A stretch of DNA of 64,000 nt from Candidatus Saccharimonadota bacterium. Lineage in GTDB: Bacteria > Patescibacteriota > Saccharimonadia > Saccharimonadales > UBA10212. The notes beneath the pieces are model-generated. The model saw only the letters and a program-made list of their open reading frames with translations. It was not told the origin of the DNA and did not search any database. Below are positions 52,540-61,633 of the stretch, one piece after another (positions within the stretch are counted from its first letter, which is position 1; each line of letters starts with the position of its first letter). Position numbers and translations under genes: made by a program. Where the stretch lies: assembly GCA_022841445.1 (NCBI GenBank), contig JALHRM010000001.1, forward strand, positions 259,777-323,776, written 5' to 3'.

Positions 52540-55500
52540 GTAAGTTACGAAAAGTTGTGATTTTGGGTTCCGGCGGGCTGCGTATCGGTCAGGCAGGTGA
52601 ATTTGATTATTCCGGTAGCCAGGCTATAAAAGCACTTAAAGAAGAGGGTATCAGAACAGTTTTGATTAACCCGAACATCGCCACGGTACAGACTGATAGC
52701 GATATGGCTGATGCAGTATACTTTCAACCGCTGAATGTAGAAACTGTTACAAAGATCTTGCAAAAAGAGAAGCCACAAGCTGTCCTGCTTAGTTTCGGTG
52801 GGCAGACTGCTCTTAATCTCGGACTCGAACTTCACGATCTTGGTGTGCTCAAGAAGCTTAATATCAAAGTTCTAGGTACATCCGTAGAAACAATAAAAAC
52901 TACAGAAGATCGCGACCTATTCAAAGCCGCCCTTGATGAAATTGCCGTTAACACAGCCCGCAGTCAAGCAGTAAATTCCATAAAGGAAGCCGTGGTTGCT
53001 GCCAAAAAAATAGGCTATCCTATCATGTTGCGTGCCGCGTATAGTCTCGGCGGCCTGGGCTCCGGTCGTGTTAATAACGAAACTGAGCTTCGCGCTAAGG
53101 CTGAGGCCGCGCTTTATGCTGTACCACAAATACTGGTTGAAGAATATTTAGAAGGTTGGAAAGAAATTGAGTACGAAGTTGTTCGGGACATCGACGGCAA
53201 TACTATAACGGTTTGCAACATGGAAAACTTTGATCCGATGGGTGTTCATACAGGCGAAAGTATCGTTATCGCGCCATCACAGACACTGACGAATGAGGAA
53301 TACCACCGACTCAGGGAGGTTGCCATTAAAACTATCAATCACCTGGGCATTGTCGGCGAATGCAACATTCAATATGCGCTTGATCCGAAGACAGGTGACT
53401 ACCGTGTAATCGAAGTCAACGCCCGTTTAAGTCGCAGTAGCGCGTTAGCTTCCAAGGCAACAGGCTATCCTTTAGCTTTTGTGGCAGCAAAGCTTGTCTT
53501 GGGCAAACGGCTTCATGAACTAAAAAATTCGGTGACGGGTACAACATCAGCCTTTTTTGAACCTGCGCTTGATTATGTCGCTGTTAAAATGCCTCGCTGG
53601 GATCTTAATAAGCTCAAGTCAAGTGACCGGCATATCGGTTCTGAAATGAAAAGTGTCGGCGAAGTGATGGGGCTGGGACGATCTTTCCCGGAAGCACTGC
53701 AGAAGGCAATCCGGATGCTCAACATAGGGGCTGAGGGTCTGACTCAGCATCAATTTGATATTGATCAACCACTCGATGAGATCAAATACCCAACCGACCG
53801 TCGTTTGTTTGCAATTGCCGAGGCGTTCAAGCAAGGAACGACCGTAGAAAAAGTTCATAAACTATCTAAAATTGATTATTGGTTTCTGAGACACCTAGCA
53901 GATATTGTGGGTACAGCCAACGACCTACAAACTAAATCACTGGATACTGGTAATCTGCTTCAAGCCAAGCAAATGGGCTTTTCAGATGCATCGATTGCTT
54001 TAATTAAAAATGTTTCGGTAGGCTCGGTTCGTGCAAAGCGTATAAGGTTCGGTATTACTCCGTTCATCAAGCAAATCGATACCTTGGCTGGCGAGTTTGA
54101 TGCCACTACCAACTACCTTTACATGACGTATTTTGGTTCGGTGCATGATGTTAGTTCGCTGGGGAATAAATCAGTTATTGTGATCGGTTCTGGGCCTTAT
54201 TCGATAGGCTCGTCGGTTGAGTTTGATTGGAGCGCTATTAATACGGCGATGACTTTGCGGTCTCATGGAAAGAAAACGGTAATTGTAAATTCTAATCCGG
54301 AGACAGTTTCTACTGATTTTGACCGGTCTGACCGATTGTATTTTGAGGAATTAAGTGAGGAGCGTGTTCAGGATATAGCCGATTTTGAAAAAACGGGTGG
54401 AATAGTAGTTTCGGTTGGTGGTCAGATTGCAAATAATCTGGCGCTGCCACTAATGAAAGCGGGTAATACGGTTCTTGGCACATCACCAAAACAAATCGAC
54501 CGCGCCGAAGATCGTCAAAAGTTTTCATCAATGCTGAGTAAGTTACATATAGACCAACCTGCTTGGATTGAAGTAAGCAACTTCAGTTCAGCTAAAAAAT
54601 TTGCCAAGCAAGTCGGCTACCCGGTCTTGATTAGGCCATCTTACGTGTTATCGGGTGGTGCGATGAATGTTGTTAGCAATGATGCTGACCTTGAGTATTA
54701 CCTGCGCGACGCCGCAAGACTATCCCCGGATCATCCAGTCGTTATCTCGCAGTTCATATTAAATGCTAAAGAACTTGAGATTGACGGCGTCGCAAAAGAC
54801 GGCGAGCTACTTATATATGCCATCTCGGAGCATATCGAAAATGCGGGTGTGCATTCGGGTGACGCTACGGTGGTCTATCCCGCACAAAACCTTTATCTTG
54901 AAACAGTCCGACGGGCGAAAAATATTGCTAAAGATATAGTAAAAAATCTAGATATCACAGGACCTTTCAATGTCCAATTTATTGCCAAGGACAACGAACT
55001 AAAGGTTATCGAGTGTAATGTGCGAGCGTCACGGTCATTCCCGTTTGTTTCCAAGGTCTCCGGGCATAACTTTATTGAAATTGCGACTGAAGCCATGCTT
55101 GGATTGAAACGTGACACTACGTACCAAACTCTTGAACTAGACCACGTAGGCGTAAAGTCGCCGCAGTTTTCGTACAATCGCCTAAAGGGCGCTGACCCGG
55201 TGGCTGGGGTAGAAATGGCTTCAACTGGAGAAGTAGCGTGCATCGGCGATACATTGGCCGAAGCATTCTATAATTCATGGCTAGCAACTGATCAAAAAAT
55301 TTCTGCCAAAACACTATTCCTTAGTATCCCCGATGAGCAAAAGCATAAATTTATAACTGAAGCAGCAGACTTAGTGAAAAAGGGCTGGAAAATCTATACT
55401 ACTGCCGGAACGCATCAGTACTTAAATGAACATGGTGTCACATCAACCAAGCTCCATAAAATCCAAGAACGCCGGGAACCAAGTGCCAAGACCGTCATTA

Positions 55501-55724
55501 TGAAACAGCAAGTTGCGCTTGTTGTTAACGTGCCCTCGAGCGACAAAGACACCAAGGATGCATATGTAATTCGTCGTTTAGCAATTGACAGCCATATACC
55601 GCTGCTTACCAATGCCGAAACCGGAAGGTTGCTGTTGCGATGTCTGGGCGATAGCAATGCTAGTGGCGATGAGCCAAAGTCTTGGCAAGAATACGTAGAA
55701 ATTAAGCAAAGGAGTTCAAAATGA
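52536..55724 (+). CDS. carB: Carbamoyl-phosphate synthase large subunit
   Basis: IGQAGEFDYSG, GWKEIEYE, GVHTGES, NARLSRSSALASKATG, RPSYVLSG, GVHSGDA; GTG start overlaps the carA stop. Confidence 0.97.
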   Translation: MSKLRKVVILGSGGLRIGQAGEFDYSGSQAIKALKEEGIRTVLINPNIATVQTDSDMADAVYFQPLNVETVTKILQKEKPQAVLLSFGGQTALNLGLELHDLGVLKKLNIKVLGTSVETIKTTEDRDLFKAALDEIAVNTARSQAVNSIKEAVVAAKKIGYPIMLRAAYSLGGLGSGRVNNETELRAKAEAALYAVPQILVEEYLEGWKEIEYEVVRDIDGNTITVCNMENFDPMGVHTGESIVIAPSQTLTNEEYHRLREVAIKTINHLGIVGECNIQYALDPKTGDYRVIEVNARLSRSSALASKATGYPLAFVAAKLVLGKRLHELKNSVTGTTSAFFEPALDYVAVKMPRWDLNKLKSSDRHIGSEMKSVGEVMGLGRSFPEALQKAIRMLNIGAEGLTQHQFDIDQPLDEIKYPTDRRLFAIAEAFKQGTTVEKVHKLSKIDYWFLRHLADIVGTANDLQTKSLDTGNLLQAKQMGFSDASIALIKNVSVGSVRAKRIRFGITPFIKQIDTLAGEFDATTNYLYMTYFGSVHDVSSLGNKSVIVIGSGPYSIGSSVEFDWSAINTAMTLRSHGKKTVIVNSNPETVSTDFDRSDRLYFEELSEERVQDIADFEKTGGIVVSVGGQIANNLALPLMKAGNTVLGTSPKQIDRAEDRQKFSSMLSKLHIDQPAWIEVSNFSSAKKFAKQVGYPVLIRPSYVLSGGAMNVVSNDADLEYYLRDAARLSPDHPVVISQFILNAKELEIDGVAKDGELLIYAISEHIENAGVHSGDATVVYPAQNLYLETVRRAKNIAKDIVKNLDITGPFNVQFIAKDNELKVIECNVRASRSFPFVSKVSGHNFIEIATEAMLGLKRDTTYQTLELDHVGVKSPQFSYNRLKGADPVAGVEMASTGEVACIGDTLAEAFYNSWLATDQKISAKTLFLSIPDEQKHKFITEAADLVKKGWKIYTTAGTHQYLNEHGVTSTKLHKIQERREPSAKTVIMKQQVALVVNVPSSDKDTKDAYVIRRLAIDSHIPLLTNAETGRLLLRCLGDSNASGDEPKSWQEYVEIKQRSSK

Positions 55725-56650
55725 ATAACAAACACTTACTAACCGCAGACGAATTTAGCCCAGAGCAGCTTAAAGCTTTGTTCGAACATGCTGATGCGAT
55801 GCGAACAACACTTACCGATGAAAAAGCCCGGAAAGAGCTTGCCACCAAGCACATAGACAAACAGGTGTGCAGCCTGTTTTATGAGCCTTCAACCCGTACT
55901 CGCAGTAGCTTTGAGGCCGCCGCCATGAAGCTGGGTATGGGGGTGGTCAGTACCGAAAACGCCAGCGAGTTTTCTTCTGCGGCGAAAGGTGAAACGATTA
56001 CTGACACAACTCAAGTTCTAAACCAGTACGGATTTTCGGCGATTATCATAAGGCACCCCCAGACGGGTGCGGTCGCAGAAGCGGCGAGTGTAAGCGAAGC
56101 GCCGATTATCAATGCCGGAGACGGTAAGGGTGACCATCCTTCCCAGAGCCTGCTGGATACTTACACTATTTACCGTAAGTTTGGACGGCTTAATAATCTG
56201 AGGGTCGTAATGGGTGGCGATTTGCGCAATGGACGGACGGTTCGCTCGCTCGCCAAAATATTGGCCAAATACCAAGGCAACCACTTGGTTTTTGTTTCGT
56301 TACCAGAATTACAAATGGCGGATGATATAAAAGAAATTCTTACGGCTACTGGTACAACGTTTGAGGAATCTAGTGAGATGGAACAGGCCTTTAAGAATGC
56401 CGACGTCATTTACTGGACCCGGCTACAGAAGGAGCGTCTGCAAGGTGATGCCAGCATATCAAGCGGCGGGTTCGTAATCGATAAGAATTCCTTAAAATAT
56501 ATCGACGAGCATGCAATTATCATGCATCCGCTGCCTAGGGTTGGCGAAATAACCGAAGAAGTAGATGCTGATCCTCGAGCGATATACTTTGAGCAGGCAG
56601 GTAATGGGCTTTATATTCGTATGGCGCTGCTTGATGGTATGGTTTGTTAG
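55721..56650 (+). CDS. pyrB: Aspartate carbamoyltransferase catalytic subunit
   Basis: FYEPSTRTRSSF, KGET, INAGDG, HPSQ, RLQKER, HPLPR. Confidence 0.96.
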   Translation: MNNKHLLTADEFSPEQLKALFEHADAMRTTLTDEKARKELATKHIDKQVCSLFYEPSTRTRSSFEAAAMKLGMGVVSTENASEFSSAAKGETITDTTQVLNQYGFSAIIIRHPQTGAVAEAASVSEAPIINAGDGKGDHPSQSLLDTYTIYRKFGRLNNLRVVMGGDLRNGRTVRSLAKILAKYQGNHLVFVSLPELQMADDIKEILTATGTTFEESSEMEQAFKNADVIYWTRLQKERLQGDASISSGGFVIDKNSLKYIDEHAIIMHPLPRVGEITEEVDADPRAIYFEQAGNGLYIRMALLDGMVC

Positions 56651-56723
56651 AGAGACATATTTGTATTTTTAAAAAAATAGTGTATAGTACGAAATAAGGG
56701 AAAATCTAATTAGGAGATACGAA

Positions 56724-57065
56724 ATGCCATTATTTGGTATGGCCGCTTTACGCGCCAGAGAAGCTGAACGAGAAGTGCTAGGTGTTTTAGCCAAGAAAGG
56801 TCCAACTACGCTTGAAACAGCTACGAGAATTGCATCCGAAAGTGGAGTTCAGGACGCAGGGATACGGCCTCTCACAGTCGCGATACTTAGTATAAGGGGT
56901 GGAATCTCACCACGCGTTGAAGGGCGCAGTCGGGAAGGTGAACCAATCATCGTGCATGAAGTTACGCCACTCGGACAAGAATTAATCGCAGGTGCAAAGC
57001 CGCCTCGTCTTGATATGATTCGTCAAATGGCTAGTAACGTTATGGCGGCGGCATTTCGTCGGTAA
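56724..57065 (+). CDS. Hypothetical protein (possible winged-helix fold)
   Basis: GGAG RBS; 113 aa; ...VTPLGQELI ending resembles a winged-helix wing, weak. Confidence 0.6.
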   Translation: MPLFGMAALRAREAEREVLGVLAKKGPTTLETATRIASESGVQDAGIRPLTVAILSIRGGISPRVEGRSREGEPIIVHEVTPLGQELIAGAKPPRLDMIRQMASNVMAAAFRR

Positions 57066-57128
57066 TAAAACACAAAACTTGACGACTTTGTCTAAACTCC
57101 TTCAGAATAGTTCTGAAGGAGTTTTTGT

Positions 57129-58424
57129 ATGGCAGACGGCGGCGTAGTAGCGGTTATTGGTACTCAGTTTGGCGACGAAGGTAAGGGGCGGTTCATCGAC
57201 AACCTTATCGAATCCGAAAGCATTTCGGTCGTTGCTCGTTTTAATGGTGGGCCTAACGCAGGGCACAGAATCGTTTATCAGGGTAAGTCAATTAGTCTGC
57301 ATCTGATGCCATCTGGCGTATTTAGCGACGGTGTCATGAACGTTATTGGTAACGGAACAGTAGTTAATCCGATCAAACTAGTAGCAGAAATTGACGAGCT
57401 GATTGCTGCTGGCCGCACAATTGATAAAAATTGTCTGCTACTAAGCAATGCAGCCGCGTTAATTCTACCAAGTCATATCATTGAAGATATAGTTACCGGT
57501 GGCAAAGTTGGAACTACCGGGCAGGGGATTGGTCCAGCTTATATGGCAAAAGTCGGTCGACATGGAGTGCGCACAAACTTGCTCGCCAACCCAGCAATCT
57601 ACGAAAAAACTCTGCGTGATGACTTAGAACAGTCTCTGAAAATTCATGGAAAAACCGTCGAACAATGGCTGGGTATGTCTACTGAAGAATACATGGTGGC
57701 GAGTGTATCGGCCGCGAAGCGTCTCGCCCCGCTAGTTAATGACGCGGGCGTATATTTGCGCGCCCAGATTGCTAGTGGTAAAAAGATTTTGGCTGAGGGC
57801 GCTCAGGCAACTTTACTCGACATCAATCACGGAACGTACCCGTTTGTCACATCTTCAAGCACTACCAGTGCGGGTGTGGCATCTGGCTTAGGTATCCCGC
57901 CTACTGCCATTAATGATGTATTTGGAGTAGCCAAGCTGACAATGAGTCGAGTTGGTGAAGGCCCGTTCCCAACAGAAATTGACCAAGGTGAGCTGGCCGA
58001 TAAAATGCGCGGTCAAAAAGGTACAGTAGATGGTGAATATGGTGGCACGACTGGCCGGTCACGTCGGATAGGGTGGTTTGACGCAGTTGTTATTAAGTAC
58101 GCAGCTGAGATTAATGGTCTGACACGTTTGGGGCTAACCAAGCTGGACAGACTATCTGGGTATCCAGAACTGAAAATCGCGGTCGCATATTCTTACAAGG
58201 GTAAGAGGTTAGACGGCTTTACTGGTGATATTGAGGTACTGGCCGAATGTGAAGTCGAGTACGAAACTTTCGCCGGTTGGGATGATGATCTGTCTGGTAT
58301 TCGAACATACGATGAGCTTCCGCAAAACGCCAGAACTTATATCGAAAGAATTGAAGAACTCGCGGGCATACCAGTTGCCATGATCGGCGTTGGTCCTGAA
58401 CGCGAACAGATGATTATTCGCTAA
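57129..58424 (+). CDS. purA: Adenylosuccinate synthetase
   Basis: QFGDEGKG, GGPNAGH, GTTGQGIGPAY, EGAQ, GTYPFVTSS, TTGR.RR.GWFD, TKLD. Confidence 0.97.
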   Translation: MADGGVVAVIGTQFGDEGKGRFIDNLIESESISVVARFNGGPNAGHRIVYQGKSISLHLMPSGVFSDGVMNVIGNGTVVNPIKLVAEIDELIAAGRTIDKNCLLLSNAAALILPSHIIEDIVTGGKVGTTGQGIGPAYMAKVGRHGVRTNLLANPAIYEKTLRDDLEQSLKIHGKTVEQWLGMSTEEYMVASVSAAKRLAPLVNDAGVYLRAQIASGKKILAEGAQATLLDINHGTYPFVTSSSTTSAGVASGLGIPPTAINDVFGVAKLTMSRVGEGPFPTEIDQGELADKMRGQKGTVDGEYGGTTGRSRRIGWFDAVVIKYAAEINGLTRLGLTKLDRLSGYPELKIAVAYSYKGKRLDGFTGDIEVLAECEVEYETFAGWDDDLSGIRTYDELPQNARTYIERIEELAGIPVAMIGVGPEREQMIIR

Positions 58425-58447
58425 ATATTTCGGTATAATTAATTCAA

Positions 58448-58870
58448 ATGAAGCCGAAGACAAAAGCTAGTACAGTCGAACAGTATCTCGCAGAGGCGAC
58501 TCCAGAACGGCGCGAAATTCTTGAAAAGTTGGTGCATGTCATCAGTGGGGCGGTGCCGGAAATCAACAAGCATTTTTACTACAACATGATCAGCTGGGGA
58601 CTCTACAAGTACAAATATGCTAGCGGCAGGGAAGGCGAGTGGCCACTTATAATGCTGGCGAACCAAAAGAACTACATTAGTGTATATGTCTGTGCGGCAG
58701 AAAAAGGTAAGGGCTATCTGGCCGAAAATAACAAAGAACGATTGGGCAAAGTATCAGTTGGCAAAAGCTGTATCCGTTTCCAGAAACTGAATGATATAAA
58801 TCTGGATGTTTTGGCTGAACTATGCAAAAAAGCTGAGCGGCTAGTCAAAGACGGCAACTTTGCAATGTAG
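58448..58870 (+). CDS. DUF1801-like (YdhG/YdeI) protein
   Basis: Y.Y.SGREGEW....A.QKNYISVY, GKSCIRF pattern. Confidence 0.8.
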   Translation: MKPKTKASTVEQYLAEATPERREILEKLVHVISGAVPEINKHFYYNMISWGLYKYKYASGREGEWPLIMLANQKNYISVYVCAAEKGKGYLAENNKERLGKVSVGKSCIRFQKLNDINLDVLAELCKKAERLVKDGNFAM

Positions 58871-58873
58871 TTA

Positions 58874-60019
58874 TCACCAGTTGAACGGGTGATTGCTAGA
58901 AAGTGGCCGCCGACAAGGGTTTTGAGGGCCCTGATTTACTTCGAAATTTACAAATGAGGTTGCTGGTAGTGGCTCCACGATACGTGCCACCGCTATACCG
59001 CCTGGTGTTATAACTACTGGTAGCCTGCGTGGTCGTAAGCAAGTCTCTATGTAGTCTTCAATACTAATTACGTTGCCAGCTTTGGCTTGACGACGACATT
59101 CTAGTACATAACCTATAACGTCTGCTTGCGCAGTCTTCCCCCCATCACCAATAAGCTTTGCGACATTAATAAGATCCCCATACTCCTCCGCTTCGATCAT
59201 TAAAGTAGCGTTTTCTTCGCGGTAGCCCTTATCTATAGCACGAAGAAAGGTGCTTGTAATTTGTGCTTTTTGTAGCGCCGTTCCTGCGAGGCCGTCCCAT
59301 TGATCGCCACAAGAAATCAATACATCAAAGGGTACTCCTGGAGCACTTTTTGCCACTTGCCCGCCATCGATGATCATTGTGCGTCCGTGAATATCTATAC
59401 CTAGATCGCTGTCATCAATTGCGATGCGGTGTTCCAATAACTGAGCAAATGCAAAGCCGAGTGTCTGCCCAAGGGCAGCGTCGCTAGGCTCATGAAAATT
59501 GACAAAATCAACTTTATCCATGATTAGCACCGGAAGTCTGCCTTCGCGGGTAACTCGTGGTATGGGAGTATCCCGGAACATTACACGAGGGGGCGTTTTC
59601 GCTGGTTCGCGTTTGTATTCACGAGGCACATCAACGTAAAGTCTTGCCACTGGACCAATCCCTAATTCTCCGAGGCACCGGACTGCACGCATTTGACTAT
59701 GCCAGCGGCTTGGCATTCCTTCATGGCGGGGGACTTCAAATACTAGCTTACCGGCTTCATCTTGCAGTATGACGCCAGTAGATCCTATGTCAGAAAGCTC
59801 CGTAAGAGGCACGCCAGGAAAAAGTTGTCTAGCGTATGAAAGCGCCTCGGGGAAGCCGCCATCTTGAGGTAGGCCACTTTTCAATAAATCTGTAATCGGC
59901 GCAGTGGGAAGTGTATTATCTACATAGCGAACAAATTCAACTTCACCGTCTCGTACTATGCCGAGCTCTCTTACTGGGTCTAATAATGCGGATTCACCCG
60001 ATATGTACTGCGAGGACAT
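58874..60019 (-). CDS. Hypothetical protein, possible degenerate protein-kinase-like fold
   Basis: 381 aa; IGSTGVI Gly loop, VLIMDKV hinge-like segment, MIIDGG (DxG-like); own TTGACT-17-TAAAAT promoter. Confidence 0.6.
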   Translation of the reverse strand: MSSQYISGESALLDPVRELGIVRDGEVEFVRYVDNTLPTAPITDLLKSGLPQDGGFPEALSYARQLFPGVPLTELSDIGSTGVILQDEAGKLVFEVPRHEGMPSRWHSQMRAVRCLGELGIGPVARLYVDVPREYKREPAKTPPRVMFRDTPIPRVTREGRLPVLIMDKVDFVNFHEPSDAALGQTLGFAFAQLLEHRIAIDDSDLGIDIHGRTMIIDGGQVAKSAPGVPFDVLISCGDQWDGLAGTALQKAQITSTFLRAIDKGYREENATLMIEAEEYGDLINVAKLIGDGGKTAQADVIGYVLECRRQAKAGNVISIEDYIETCLRPRRLPVVITPGGIAVARIVEPLPATSFVNFEVNQGPQNPCRRPLSSNHPFNW

Positions 60020-60170
60020 TTCTTGGGACGCCTTAACTATAAACTTTAGTTATTTTATAACTTAATTTATTAATAGTCAAGCATTTGGTGAAACGTGTTT
60101 TTGTTTGCGCCAGGTGCTTAGTCTCACGCTACGCCTACGTATCATGTATGTCAACTGTTTTTATATTGAA

Positions 60171-60638
60171 TCATTCATGATGGTATTTGCCATTATTGAT
60201 AATGCTAAACGCGCGATATAGCTGTTCGGCGATCAGCAAGCGAACAAGCATATGGGGCAGAGTGAGCTTACTAAGCGCCCAGGTTTTACTGGCGAGCTGC
60301 TTAATTGATTGATTTACGCCGTATGATCCTCCAATAATAATGCAAATCTGCTCCGAATGGGCACTAAGTTCTTCCAAGTGGGCACTTAATACCTTAGTAT
60401 TCAGTTGTTCACCGGTCTCATCGAGCAAGATCGGGTATGAGCCGGCCGAAATTGCTTTTATAATTGTAGCGGCTTCAATATCGAGCCGCCGTTGTTGCGG
60501 CAAACTAGGGTTGGCCGACTTCACAATCGTCCAAGTAACTTGAACATTATATGCACTGAGCCGCCTCTCGTAATCATTTATCAGAGGTTCGATCTCTGTC
60601 GAAGTAGATTTACCCACAGAAACAATAGTTATTTTCAT
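60171..60638 (-). CDS. rlmH: 23S rRNA m3-pseudouridine1915 methyltransferase RlmH
   Basis: MKITIVSVGK, LDETG, IIGGSYG, LS.LTLPH.LVR...EQLYRA......KYHH. Confidence 0.95.
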   Translation of the reverse strand: MKITIVSVGKSTSTEIEPLINDYERRLSAYNVQVTWTIVKSANPSLPQQRRLDIEAATIIKAISAGSYPILLDETGEQLNTKVLSAHLEELSAHSEQICIIIGGSYGVNQSIKQLASKTWALSKLTLPHMLVRLLIAEQLYRAFSIINNGKYHHE

Positions 60639-60677
60639 TAGCCAATTCTAACAGAGTAAGTGACTATCAATTACAGA

Positions 60678-60704
60678 TTAGCACTCTCACTTGCAGAGTG
60701 CTAA
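60678..60704. promoter_or_regulatory. Perfect CIRCE element (HrcA operator)
   Basis: TTAGCACTC-TCACTTGCA-GAGTGCTAA is an exact consensus match. Confidence 0.92.
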
Positions 60705-60729
60705 TTCGCCATGCTATGCTGAACTTACA

Positions 60730-61050
60730 GTGAAAAATAACGACTCACTACACCACTACCCAAGCTCTGAAAAAGTAAGGTATCTTGTTTGCTTACCCTT
60801 GCAACAGTGCAATGCGTTACTGCTTTATTTTGCTTCGCTGGCAGAGTCACTGCTTCTTATCGGCGAACTGTTCCGTAAAGACGAAGTTGGCCGTAATTGG
60901 ACTGGATTGCTTTGGACAAGAATTAGCCATAAGTCACTGCCAAGCATGCCAGAACTTACTACGCATATTCGACCATTATTTAGGCGATTCGAGCAAAGTA
61001 TTTACTGGCTTCACGCTGCAGACCCCTTTGCCAAATGTCCGGCAGTATAA
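60730..61050 (+). CDS. Hypothetical 106-aa protein downstream of CIRCE
   Basis: GTG start 9 nt after TGcTATGCT; no motif; coding status uncertain. Confidence 0.45.
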   Translation: MKNNDSLHHYPSSEKVRYLVCLPLQQCNALLLYFASLAESLLLIGELFRKDEVGRNWTGLLWTRISHKSLPSMPELTTHIRPLFRRFEQSIYWLHAADPFAKCPAV

Positions 61051-61123
61051 AATTTCACAGCTTTATCTAAGCTAGCTAAGCTTTACTACTAATACAATTT
61101 GATATTCAAAAGGGGTAATATCC

Positions 61124-61579
61124 ATGACTGATAAGCAACAAATCAAAGACGTCGTCCAGACTGTCGCAGAATTACAAGACATGAAGCAGTGGGAGCGACT
61201 CGAAAACTATTTTGTTGAAAAGCCGTTTGTCGATGTGAAGGCTCTGAGCGGTGAAATGCCAGCGGTAATTACTAAGCGCAGTCTGATAGACGGCTGGCGA
61301 CGCGAGATAGGGAGTTACTTTTACTCAACACGGCATTTTATTCGCCGTTTGGCGGTACGGATGCTCAATTCTCGTCGCGCCAAAGTGACAACCAATGTCG
61401 AGCACGTTCATTATGTGGCCGACAAAGGCGAGCGCTACGCCTGGACAGTGAAGGGGACTATCGAATATATTGTCGTCAAATCGGCCAATGGTACATGGAA
61501 AATCAGCCAAATGATATTCAAGCTGACCGACCAAGCAGTTCGACCTGTTGGGCTTGCTGCTCCACAAGCTGCGTTCTAA
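61124..61579 (+). CDS. NTF2/SnoaL-like domain protein
   Basis: D.K.W..L...F, T.H, W...G.......K...G.WKI pattern; AAGGGG RBS. Confidence 0.8.
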   Translation: MTDKQQIKDVVQTVAELQDMKQWERLENYFVEKPFVDVKALSGEMPAVITKRSLIDGWRREIGSYFYSTRHFIRRLAVRMLNSRRAKVTTNVEHVHYVADKGERYAWTVKGTIEYIVVKSANGTWKISQMIFKLTDQAVRPVGLAAPQAAF

Positions 61580-61633
61580 GCACAAGTATTTTGTTCTCAA
61601 CCAAGCTATAATCAGGCGTGTGGAATATCACGC

